DNA of 64,000 nt from NCBI GenBank assembly GCA_012295275.1, contig CM022672.1, positions 13,764,001 to 13,828,000 of the forward strand. Reading direction: 5' to 3'. The notes beneath the pieces are model-generated. The model made no database searches and was not told where the DNA came from. It saw only the letters and a program-made list of their open reading frames with translations. A program made the position numbers and the translations under genes. The DNA comes from Chrysomallon squamiferum (lineage: Eukaryota; Animalia; Mollusca). Positions 38,838-55,569 of this stretch are shown piece by piece (positions within the stretch are counted from its first letter, which is position 1; every line of letters begins with the position of its first letter).

Positions 38838-40794
38838 ATGGCGTCCTTACCAGCTCCAAAGCAGATTTCACCGCTTATTCGTGTTAGTAATTAACTGGAA
38901 GATGTAACCAATGTTTACGAGTTATAATTTTTATTCATATTATGTGTTGTTTACATGGCAGGTCAAACTGCAAAATATTTTAAATAGCAGAAAGTTTTTA
39001 ATATCCATAATCCTACAATGACCTTGAGTGACTGAATTGGCTTTGACGTTTTCAAGTTAATAATTTGATAGTCAGTGTAGGTTTTTATTATTAAGTTAGT
39101 TACAAACGTAATAGATATTATAATTTATATATGACATATTCTGGATATAAATTATTTATAGCTATTTGAGCTTGGATTAATACAAGCTTCGATTTTTATT
39201 TCAGTTTGGGCGGTATGCAGCTTTGGTTACAGGGATTGCTTACGGTTACCTGAGCTATAGTAAGTATCATTTACTGTGCTATAGCTTGTATTTAAAATAA
39301 CTGTCTTTTATTAGGAAAAAAGTAAAAGAAAAAACACTAATTTCCACAGACAAATGGTTAGTCTTTATTTTTCTTTATTTTTCTGTATCACTATTACTAT
39401 AGTATTAGTATTACTATATCAGTGTGTGTAATTTATAATTTTGTAAAGTAAATGCTTAAATATAATCCATACATTCACTGTAGTTTAATGATTGCTTTAC
39501 AGAAAGATTATATGCTAAGGAGATGAAGATACAAGAGCATGAAAATAAACTGAGGGCAGTTCGAGATGCAAGACTGAAGGAAGAAAAAGAGAAATTTACA
39601 AAAAGTATGTTAGGCTGCAGCATTATAATTATATTTATTGTCTGAAAGTAAAAACAGTGCAAGGAGGGCCAGTCTTGATATACTGTCACCATAAAATTAA
39701 AAATATTGTGATGTCAGAAATTAATAATCATTATGATAGGAATAGATTAAAATCTTGACAAATGGCTATTAGCAATTTCAGAACTAATAAAATCTGGTTA
39801 TTTAGCATCATCATTAACTGACTTATTGGAACCAAGTTCCACTAAATATGTTTAAAAATACCCTAAAAGTATACAAGAAAGAAAAAAAATCTATACTTAA
39901 AAAACCCCAAAAATCAAGCACTTTTATGTAATATAAGAAGAATGTGTGATTTGTGGCATGCTTTTCACTGGGTGTACAAAACATGAACTGTTTGATTCGT
40001 TCATTGTAATTACACAAAAGATTCACAAAGTATTGAACACTTCTGTATAGCATGTACTGTGTCAGTATGTTTGGACATTACAAGATATGTATATGAAAAT
40101 GTCACTGGTTTTATGTCATATTTTCACCAAAAACAATTTGTGTGAAAATGATAATGCATTTACAAATGTTACTATGCAGATCTTTATTGAGTGGTGAAAA
40201 TATAATGTATTTCAAAATAAAAGTTGAGCTTCACTTGATGAAAGGAAATAGGTCTTTAGTATTAAGAACACTCGACCTACATTTTTGGAGAGACTAAAAT
40301 AAAGTGTAGAGAAAAAAACACTGAAGGGATAGTAACCAGAATACTGATAGTATTAAATGTTTTATGTAAGTGTTATGATAATGTTTATCTAAGGAGAAAT
40401 GATTTATGTTGCATTATAGTTAAAATCTCAAGTTTATGTTGGGGTATATGCCTTGTTGTTAGAATAACAGTCTTTAATTATGACTTGCAAGAATATGAAT
40501 TATCAGAACTAATCATTCACGCTTTTTAATAAATCTTTTAAACATATCCTGAAATATATAGTTTTCCTCCATGTTTCCTAATTTCCTAATATGAATTACA
40601 TGACAGTAAAATCATACTGATGTTTATAAGTTTAAGCATTTATGAATCTTTAATTATTAATTTCTTGAGTTTTATAATAATACATTAAATAGGTATGTAC
40701 ATTAGTAATAATTTTATTTTTATTTTTTCCTCTTACAGTGGAGATGGACAATTTAGCAAAAGAAATGGGAATGACACCAGCTGGTACAACATGA
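38838..40794 (+). CDS. ATP5ME: Mitochondrial ATP synthase subunit e, 85 aa; exons 38838-38882, 39205-39259, 39503-39604, 40739-40794
   Basis: Missed by the ORF track. The spliced product is MASLPAPKQISPLIRFGRYAALVTGIAYGYLSYKRLYAKEMKIQEHENKLRAVRDARLKEEKEKFTKMEMDNLAKEMGMTPAGTT. It shows the subunit-e signature (I/V)SPLIxFGRYxAL, a GxxxG TM helix and a charged coiled-coil tail. All introns are GT-AG and in phase. Confidence 0.92.
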
Positions 40795-41080
40795 TGATAC
40801 TTTGTTACTGTAGAAAACAGAATTTTGGACTTTGATATGTAAAAATGTAGACAGAAACAGACTACTTAACTGAAACTGTTTACTGTAAGCTGTGCTTGAG
40901 TGTATTATACGATTAAAATCTTTTCAAAATAGAACAGGTGTTGTGGTTTTACATACTACTTTTTCTGTTGGAAGTAACAGATGTTTCCTAACTAAAGTTA
41001 CTTAATCTGAATACATGTTTGATTATACAAATAAACTGATTACATCAGAGATAGATTTAAAGTAACAGTATCTCATTAAT

Positions 41081-41136
<56 letters not shown>

Positions 41137-42604
41137 GTAATTGTGCTTAAATGACCAATTTTGAAATGGATGTATTTTGATATGTGACTGTACGGATTAT
41201 AAACAAAATATATGGAGAGGTAATGTGTTCTTACAAAGTAAAACATATGCTAGTATACTAAATGTTATTCTCAAACATCATCAAATATATCCCTGCCTAT
41301 TACTGAGTTTTTAAAAAGTTATAATCAGTGATTTCCCCACCTTTCTGGGGACTATCCCCCATCTCCACCCCTCTAACTACAAGACAGTGACATGAACTTC
41401 TTCATTATAGAATACTTATAACAAGTATTAGACAATGATCATATTCATTGACATGTTTCATAAAACAATGAAATTTTAATTAATAATTTCTTAGCCAACA
41501 ACATTAATGGGTTCTACAGAATTTGTTCTTATTATATCATATTCAAATTGCCTCCAGTTTGGGCATATGCTTCATGTTTGGAAACAATGGTCCAAACCGT
41601 TAAAAAATAATTTAAAACTAATTTTAAATAAATATTCTATAGATTTTGTTAAGCTGTCACTGTCCAGATATATTTTATAAAATTCAGTTTCCTCCAGAAA
41701 TATTGGCGAGCCGATTTGCGACAAAAAAAAGAAAAAAAAAAGATATAATAATAATAATAATAATAATAATTAATACAACTAAATCTGCCTCATACATGAT
41801 GATGTCATGACTCCAGAAAATTTGTAATGTATTTTAATAGTAACAGTAATAACAATAGCAACAACAACAACGATGCACTATATATAAAAAAAAAAAAAAA
41901 AAATATTTTACTTAAAACACTAAAAACGATAATTAATTTAAAATTTATTTATTTATTTATTTATTTATTTATTATTATTCTATTATGATTTTAATGTCTT
42001 CCACATGTGTAACTTGCATATAATTTAAATATTTTAAAAATTTTGTTAAAATCTTATGGGAGTTAAATAATTTTTATTCACAATAACTCTTTTTGGTTTC
42101 TGAAATTAATTAGAATTAAAATTGATTTGGTTTGACTTATTCCGACATCCACGATTAAACCAATTCCCGAATTGTTTGTAGATGTTAAACGTAGATTAAA
42201 TAATCCCTTACACCCCTATGTGAAGAAATTAATTTTATGGAAATGAAAATGTGTGTAATAAATTTAAATATCAAATCTTTATTGTTTAGGCAAACGCCAA
42301 TGATATGTAAATAATAAAACAGTTTGATATAATTATAACTTTGTTATGTTATAATGAGAAATATTTTGATAATTTAATACAGTTAACTGTCTCATTGTTT
42401 ATATATATATTTGACACTGATGACATCTGGCAGAAAGGTATTTGTTTTATTAATCCTAGTGATATTAAATAATTTGTGTTAAAATTTGTTGGTATATCAT
42501 TGCAATTAATGGCGTAATTTACTCTGAATTCTTCGTGTTTTTTAATTTGTATTTGTTTGCTTACAACAACAACAACAACAACAACAATAACAATAATAAT
42601 ACTA

Positions 42605-42651
<47 letters not shown>

Positions 42652-42863
42652 TAATAATGACTTATTCAACATAAATGACAAACAAAAATCCCTGTGACTA
42701 TACCCATCTTCTAAAATCATGGATATGCCATGAATAGCCAAACGTAAGATTATGTAACGAAAATATATAAAGTTGATAAAGAAATTTAATTGATAATATA
42801 TTGCCATTACGGATTTGTACTCGTCCACAATTTAAAATAATGACAATAATAGTAATACATGCA

Positions 42864-43134
42864 TTAGACCATTTATCCGGCGAGCTTGATACCGGATTTC
42901 TGGATTTACCGGCTCTTTCATTATTATTATTTTTTTTTTTTTTTTGTATTTTTTGTCTTTTTCTTCTTTTATTTATTTATTTATTATTTTTTAAACCACT
43001 GCTTATATAAAATATAAAATAAACAATAAAAAGTAAAGAACGAAACTGCGTTTTACAGATAAAAAGAAAGTAAATCGCTTCTAAAGCTGGGTTTCTGGTA
43101 CTTTTGGTTTTTGGAAGCCGGATAAATAGTCTGA
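42864..43134. mobile_element. MITE-like non-autonomous DNA transposon (~270 bp)
   Basis: Terminal inverted repeats TTAGACCATTTATCCGGC (42864-42881) and GCCGGATAAATAGTCTGA (43117-43134) are 16/18 complementary. There are subterminal CCGG-rich repeats and no coding capacity. Confidence 0.7.
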
Positions 43135-43789
43135 TATATTTATAGTCAATTCTCCAAAAAATTAGTGTAAATTGATCGGATTGATTTACACATTTTCTGA
43201 AGAGTTCAGCCGAATTGAAATAGTGGTAGTATAGTTATTGTTAAAACACCAGTAGCAAATATTGTAGCTGTAGTAGTAGTAGTACTCACTAATCTGGATA
43301 TTACGTAGCATTTTCATTTCCGTTTAGTGTGGTCTTCATTTCGGTCACCTCTGAGAGATAACAGCGCTTCATGGCGATTTTTTGACTTAAAAGGTAAGTT
43401 TATTGTGCCATGTTTTCACAGAACAGATTATTTTAAAAAAAATGTAACCCAAAACACATATTCTGGAATACTAATTCTGATTTTTATTATTTTGTTTTAG
43501 TCGAAGGCGACATAGAAGCGAGTAATGCAATTTAACCCAATCAAACCTATTTCCGAATGTGTCTATTATCGTAACTTAATGTTGCGCTCAACTGTAGAGC
43601 TATTTATTAATATATAAATTATATTTATTAGTATATATATATATAAAATATATATAAAAATACAGAAATACACCAACACATATATGAGAAGCTAGGTGTA
43701 TGTATACCAGATACAGATACAAGCAGATATGAAACACACACAAAACACACACACGCACTCATTAATACATGCACGCGGACACAAAATAT

Positions 43790-43864
<75 letters not shown>

Positions 43865-46125
43865 ATATTAACAATATGCCTGTCCTTTTAAAAACGTCAC
43901 TATATGCTCACGTTCTAACTGATCCTCTTTGACCTAATCATAAGTTATTTCGTGGCATTCCGCCACCTGACGATCGGTTGCCAAGTATTTCAGGAACTTT
44001 GACGTAACAGTCATTGTGTAATGTGTATTTTATCGGATCAGCACTTTTTCTGCTGACGGCTTTCGTAGATACTGTCTAGATAACATAAGATTTATATAAC
44101 TGTATGTTTGGCCTGCTACAGTATTAATATTTAGAATTTTTTATTATTATTTTTTATTTATTTTTTAAATCGGAATGTTTTTCGTTATAATAGACAAGTG
44201 AGTACATCAGTTTACTGGTTTCCTTTATAGTATGCTTTTATTTTATTTTATTTATATTTACTTAAGTACATTTATTATTCAGTTACGTAGGTTTTCTTGC
44301 TATTTACCTGTGAATCATTCTATACCACTGTGTTTTTCCATTTATCCATCTGTCTATATACCAACTTACTGCTCTAACTACTGACCTGCCTGTCAATTTT
44401 TTGACTTCTGGATCATCCTTCCATCCAGCCATATATCCATATCTCTCGTATTTAAAAGTCTTATTAAAAATAATTATAGATAGTTTAGTTCATTATTTAA
44501 TATAATAATTGTTTATTTGTTTATGTAATTAATTATACACACCTGTGACCATTAAAACAAAACAAAAACAAAAAAAAAAGAGAAAAAACGAGATAGGACA
44601 GACAATAGACACACATACTTGATCAAATTCAAGGTTTTTAGTAAACTGTCTGTTCCGCGAATGAACTAATAAAGGATAACTAAACAAGTGTATGTGTGCT
44701 GTGTCTGTTTAATAATAATAATATAAAATAATAAAAAATATAAATAAATAACGCCAAAGGTAAGTTTTATATGTGTATCTATATATATATATTAAAAAAT
44801 ATATCACAGACTGATGTTTTTTTCCCTTACCAGAACTATTTCTGCAAGCCAGGTGTTAGATATCTCGCTTAATATCTCGCTAGTATATATTTCATATACC
44901 AATCTCCGTCTGAGATAATTCTGTATACTGCTGGCTAAGTTAATCATTTAGGAATGAAAATTAATGGTAAAAGAACATTCACGAATCATACAAAAAAAAA
45001 AAAAAAAAAAAAAAAAATCCTACGCCCAATGTTTTTTTTGTTTTGTTTTTTGTTTTATCTAGAACTACTGTTAGATTCATATATAACCTCCACCCCGTGT
45101 GATCATTGTTTAGAGCTCATCCAGAATTTCCGAATTATCAAGTCAAAATTCGTTCATCTGTACTCGTACTTTTTCTTCAGGTTCTTAACACTTGGTAAAA
45201 TCGTTTTTGAGAAATATTTATCTTAAAAAGGACTAAGTCCAAAATTAATGAATGAATAAATTAAATAATAATTATAATGAAATAAATTAAAATAAAACAT
45301 TTCTGATTGATCGGTTTCAATTCTTTGAAGAGCAAAATGAATTAAATCGTAACACGAAACTATGCATTCATTAAAAGCAAGACGAAAACATGATCGCTTC
45401 AAGAAATGCAATAAGCCGATACCGACTGGTTATTTTTGTTGAGTGTCTTAAGAATCAAAATAAATGAACCAAAAACATGCTTTAAAAAAAAGAAGAAAGA
45501 AGACAAAAACCATCATCCCTTCAAACATTTTTTTTTTTAATTTTTTATTTGCGCCGGTCGAAGGTCTACGTATTTTACAAATTTAAAGGTTGGCAGTGTA
45601 TAATATCTCGAAATGGGTTTTTCCCCAATCACATTTATGACGTACATCGCTTAGTAGATTAAGCTCCACACGGAAATGTATGTCAAGCCCCGGCACTGAA
45701 CAATAATTTACAATTTATGAAACGTAGTAGTGTCCTGAGATTGTCCTTCTTTTTATTTTTAAAAAATGGTTCCCCATCTATCCCATTGTGTGAAATAACA
45801 AACAAAATAATAATAATTAAAAAAAAATAATAATTAATTTTTTTTTGTTTTAATTATATTATTAACAGTCATTATATTCTGTACAATAACAGCGAAAAAT
45901 AGAAATAATTATAATAAAGACAGAGAGAGAGAGAGTGAAAAAAATTAATAATTCCAAGTTTTAGGTAACCAGTCTATTTAGTTCTTTATTCCGAAAGTTT
46001 TTTTTTAGACTTGAGGGAAAATTAGCCCAAAAGTCGCGGTTACTATGGCAATCAAGCACTCACATCCAGACAGCCTGTCATGACATTTTTTAAAAGATAG
46101 TAGTCCTATGGAGATTGTCATTGGT

Positions 46126-49588
<3,463 letters not shown>

Positions 49589-49704
49589 TTAAGAGTTAAA
49601 ATCCGACAAAAAGGGTGGAAGAAATAACAAACGTATTGGTATGGGCTGTCTATGCCGGTAGCTGAATCTCAGTCTACGAGAGAGTGGTAGAGCTAACGTT
49701 GTTA

Positions 49705-49810
49705 CCTTCTCTTATATTTAACTTCAGCGTAGAGTTTTTCCGAGAAATCGCTCTGTCTCTACAGGAACCATACCCATATAAGGAGAACGATGGCACACAT
49801 ATATGGTAAC
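49705..49810 (-). promoter_or_regulatory. Actin proximal promoter: TATA-like box and CArG (SRF) boxes
   Basis: TAAATATAAG on the minus strand at 49711-49720, perfect CArG CCATATAAGG at 49774-49783 and near-CArG ACATATATGG at 49797-49806. This is a classic actin promoter arrangement. Confidence 0.7.
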
Positions 49811-51627
49811 GCCAGGCCCAACCCATTCTGCAGTTCGCCATATTGCCGCCGTGACCCAATATAACTTTATAAACTTGCTCCAGAAAACTCTGACGCTGAC
49901 GAGTTTTGCAAGGTGGGGTGGAGGGGGGGAGCCATCTGGAATGGCTCAGCAATAAATAAACGCGAAGGGAACACCCCCAAGGCTAACGAGGGAGAAGTTT
50001 TAATATCTTTGCAAAGGAACACACCCACTTGGTGGTTCAAAATTGTTGTATAATAGCTATATTTTTTTTTTTAACTAACACAGTGATTTTCAGTGCGCAT
50101 CTTGGTACCAGTGTAAATAGGTTTCAAAGTACAGTCAATAGTACCATTTATTTATCTTTAACTCTGTTGCTGATGCAAATAGAAAAACTGAATAAACTTT
50201 AATCTCAAAATGTGCGAATTTCTACATGATTTCATTCAAAGGATGTTAATAATATTGAAATAACCCACCACCTGTAATACATCGTTTATTTTTAATTTAC
50301 ATGTATTTCAGCTAGTGGTGTGACATGCGAAAAATATTTACAAGCACATATACGTTTGACAGGGTATGTTTGTGTACACAAAAACATACGCATGCATACT
50401 TACATAACACATATACATTCGCACACGCGCGCACACACAATCTTTAACATAAAATATTTTACTATCTTTCTCTCCATTCGTCTATTTGTTGCTGTTTGTG
50501 TCTTTGAATCATTCTTTTCTTTATTACGTATCTATATTTGTACAAACAAAACTGAAAGCAGCAGTAACACATATACGACACACCAGCAAATCACTAACGA
50601 CAGCATCGTAAGCAATAAGCATACTGCATTACGTAAAAAAAAATATCACTTTAGCCAGCGCTGGTCATCATTAGTCTCGCATACAACCACAACAGCTCCT
50701 CCTGTAAGTGGACCCCATCTGGGTTAATTGACTTCGTGGCCGACGTGTCACCTTCGCTAATAACTAAGTGATTCTTACCAACCGCATTCACACCATCGTA
50801 ATTCCAAACAGGTTAACCTCGTCAGCTGACGCCAAACGCCCAAAATTTGTATACATTTACAATCAATTAGTCATTTTTAATAAACGTCTGCTTCAGATAC
50901 GACAGAATAGTGTCATGGCCGGGAGTGGGGTTGACGTTGACGTTGACGTTGACGTTGGGGGAATCACGGTTGTAGAAATTACTGAGAGCTGATTTCCACG
51001 TCTGTGCTGATTAAGCTTTTTAGTTACTGGCTTTTTAGTTATTCATAATTTTCATTAAATTGTTGTTGTTGTTAATTTGGACTCATATATACATGTACAT
51101 ACATTCATATACACGTGAACAAACACAACAAAAATACATACATACAAACATACATATATTCATACATGTACTGAAATAGATACAAATATATACATTCTTA
51201 CATGCATACATACATACATACATACATACATGCATGCATACATACATACACAAACATTTACATACACTCAAAATATGCACACAAAACAGAAAGAAAAGAA
51301 CATGTCTGAATGAAAAACAACATATTTTTCCAGTATGTTTATGACAGCAGTTTCAGATGTCCCTATGACGTCTTTGCGGATAGAAAGCAAACACATATTT
51401 AGCTTCTTCAGTTACGATTCTTGATCTAGTTCCAACTGAAAGAGACACCCGCAGAGATTGCATCTTGGAGTATAGTATCTCCTTTGTGTCTCTGCATTAC
51501 AAGGTCTTTGGCTATCCTCTTCCTACCGCGGTTAACGAATTTGTATTTAAAAGAAAAATAAGAATTTAATGAACGAAGACGTATAATGTACATAACTAAT
51601 GAACATATGCTTGTAGGTTTGTTTGTT

Positions 51628-51667
<40 letters not shown>

Positions 51668-52461
51668 CGTGTGTGTGTGTTTTTGTGTGTGTACATATAT
51701 ATTTGAATTTGTAAATTTCTTCCATGAGAACATGTTCAAATATGCCTGTCTAGGACACAGCATCAGCGATTAGTGCGGGAAGGTTTCGAAGACAGGTATT
51801 ATTAATTCCTTTCCTTTCCAGTTCATTTGGCGTCTTGTCATCGAGCCGCGCGATTACACCATTGGTCGCCGACTCTGTGGTTGGAAGCTGGAATTGTTTT
51901 CGTTACCAAGGACGCGTGCTGGTGTACTTACCTCGGTATGCGTGTAAGCAACACAACGTTTTCCTCTGTGGTATACAATGCAGGGTCATTTCTCTGTCAA
52001 TGATAACAGCAGAAACAATCACGGCAGCAAGAATGAAGTAAACACGTGCACCTGACGATGCAGGTCGTTGTAGTAAAGATTATGTTGTTGGTAGTTAATA
52101 TTTCCTTTTATTTATTTACCCAACCATAAAACAGGTAGTTTATTGATACACCAGAAAGTTATTTATATACACGGATATTTGCGTATCATTTGCCGTAGTT
52201 TTGTTTCTGTGATCAAGTCTCGTATGCTGATGTTGTATAAATGTGTAGCAAACAGATCTACTGTATGTACATGTGTATGTGTCTCGTTATTGGTATACGT
52301 ACGTGATTGTGGGTGCACACTCTGTATATACACAAGTATGTAATACTTTTTTTTTAAACTTATTTACTCCAAAGCAAAACAGTTAGCTAATATTTATACA
52401 CTACACTAAAGAGAAACTGTATTACGAGTGTTTATGTTTATGCTTTTGTGAGGAAGAATAT

Positions 52462-52494
<33 letters not shown>

Positions 52495-52611
52495 CCAAAG
52501 AGCAAAACATACACACTATACTAGAAAAACACTATATTATTACTGTGAAGGTAAGTTTTACAAAGTTAGAATTCACTTTTTTGTTTCAAAATCCAGTATA
52601 TATTATTACAG

Positions 52612-52646
<35 letters not shown>

Positions 52647-53593
52647 TTCGTTCATTAATAATTAGTTTATATAAAAGTTATTTATGCTAGTTTTCACCAA
52701 GTAATTATCATTGTGTAAAATACAATTTTCATGGCGTGGCTACAACACTAATTTAATAGTATACCATGCTGTGAATTTTAGTTGTGGCCTCTTTACAGCA
52801 GCTGCAGAAGGAGTTTAGAAAACTTAGCAAAGTTCTTTGTTTTGTTAACTCGCCCTAAATGTCATCGAATCCAACACAGACAAAGAGTGTCAAAGAATGT
52901 CACATGGTGTATTTTGTTTCATCTTTTTTATTCATTCTTTTTTTTCTTTTTTTTTTTTTTTTTTTTTTTTTTATATTTAAATTTTTTTTTTTTTTTTTTT
53001 TTTTAAATAAATGTTAAAAATATATATTTTAAAAGTTTTAATTTTCTTAAAACATGGACCTCTTCCAAAAAGTCGCAGCAGTTGGCGATTACTTGAGATC
53101 GTGTATTCCACGTGCATCGTAGAGTTAGCTAGCTGGTATCTCTTTTCTTAACACTGAACAAGGCGTCAGGAATGCACCACCGGTTTTGCCTCTGATTAGC
53201 GCTAAATATAGACGTGCTGAACTAACACGATTCTGCTTTCTACACGTTACCGACAGAACGTTTCTTGCTGACTGGATGCTGATAACACATTTAAAAACAA
53301 TTGCTCAGAGTGGTTTGCTGAGCGATTTATTGTATCGTGTCTGAAAGTTTAGTTTAAAACAGAAACACGAAATTAAAACCCCACAGTGATCTTTTTTATC
53401 GTTAATAGCACAATTATAGTGTGTATGTGTAAAAAAGCATTACTGAAAGAAAAAATAACCTCCACAAATTGTGCTCTCCCACCCATGGGAAGGTGCATAT
53501 AAAGATTTTTAATTCCAATGGTATGAGTAGGCTGTGGGATAATTGCAGTGAATCTCTTCTTCATAAAAATAATAATATTTGTTATAGGGACCT

Positions 53594-53677
<84 letters not shown>

Positions 53678-53759
53678 TCTCTCTCTCTGTATATGTATTT
53701 ATACATACATGTGTATATATGATGCTGATGTGTGTTTGCGTGTTTTTGTGTACGTGTAC

Positions 53760-53801
<42 letters not shown>

Positions 53802-54219
53802 GCATTGGTTTAGATGTATATATGTGTGTGTGTATATGTTCATATGTATTTGTATGTATGTGCTACGTGTGTGTACTCTCCAATAAATATATATAAAAAA
53901 TATTTTCCAAAAAGTACGACACATAAGACAACTATCTTACACTAAATACAATCAGTACTTGTCATGGCGTTGCAGATAAAACCCACATACTCCCACGCAG
54001 TATACGTAAACTTCTATCGTCATAGTAGTAAAACGGATAAATATATCCTTAGCAACAGCCGTGAACTCTGAAAAAAAAATTAAAAAATATACACACACAA
54101 AAAACGGTTAGAGATAGGTAAAGAAAAAAAACAAAAATTAAGATACAAAGATTTTCAATACTGCGTCTTATACATGCATTTGCTCTCCCAAGTTTCTTAC
54201 ATTTATCTCTCTCTCTCTC

Positions 54220-54298
<79 letters not shown>

Positions 54299-54318
54299 CT
54301 CTCACTCTATCTCTCTCT

Positions 54319-54350
<32 letters not shown>

Positions 54351-54963
54351 CTGTCTATATGGGTAAGTGTACCTAAATATTTCAGACTTTATAACAATGT
54401 CAGTTTTGCGATGGAGAGTTCGTTAAACTAAACCTAGGCTTTCTAATTTCTTTCCTTAATGACAACTCCAGAAACCTTATGAAAAGAATAATTATGCCAC
54501 CACTATATAAATGAAACAACAACAAAGTACAGCCACTACTGTTATAACGACTACGACTTCAACTAGTATTACTGCTACCTTCATTATACTGTCACATCTA
54601 CTATGACTACTGATGCTACTACTCTACCATTCTACCACTGTTACTAGTTTATTATTACAGCCAGTACTATTGCTACTACTCCTGCTACTATTGCTACTAT
54701 TACTACTAATAATGTTACTACCTCTGGTAGTGTTACACGGCTGTTACTGCTTCAACCACAACGACTACGACTTCAACTACTACTGTTACTACTACTACTA
54801 CCATTACTATTGTTACGGCTGCTGCTGATACCACAACTACTATTACACAACAGCTGCTGCTATAACTACAACAATGACAAATATTGCTACTACTGTTACC
54901 ACTACAACAAGATATGTTACTACTACTACTACTTCTAGCACAACAACAACTACTACTATTACC

Positions 54964-55016
<53 letters not shown>

Positions 55017-55533
55017 GTACAATAATAATGTGAACAAGTACAAAACAAAACAAAAAAGTAATAAAAAATACCAGAAATAAGACACCTGCTATACCTGACC
55101 TTTTCAAGATGGTTAGTTATCGGCTACCTTTGAACGTTTACAGAAACAACGTAGACACTGCTATGTCTGCTATTCAAGGTTAACTATCTGCCTTTATAAA
55201 TGTTGTGTATGTCGAAGACATTAATACTACTACTATTACTACCACGACGATGATGACAGTGCTCAGTTGCTGCTGTAGTTGTAACAACGTGGGTGAGGTG
55301 GAAATAGAAGTTGAAGCAGTGGCTGTGATAATAGCAGTGGTGACAGTTGCGTTGTTAGGGGTAGTAGTAGCTGCATTCGTGGTAATAACAGTAGAACTAA
55401 GAACAGTGATAGTAGCACTAGCAGCAATAATAGTAGTAGTTATAGTAACAGTAATAAAGTAGTAGTACTATTAAAAGTAATATTAATAGTAGTATTAATG
55501 GTATTAGTAATATTAGTAGCAGCAACAGTAGTG

Positions 55534-55569
<36 letters not shown>

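Noticed and set aside
40236-40324. C/D-box snoRNA candidate in ATP5ME intron 3 (TGATGA...CTGA)
   Set aside because: There is no convincing terminal stem and no rRNA-complementary guide that I could recognise. These motifs are expected by chance.
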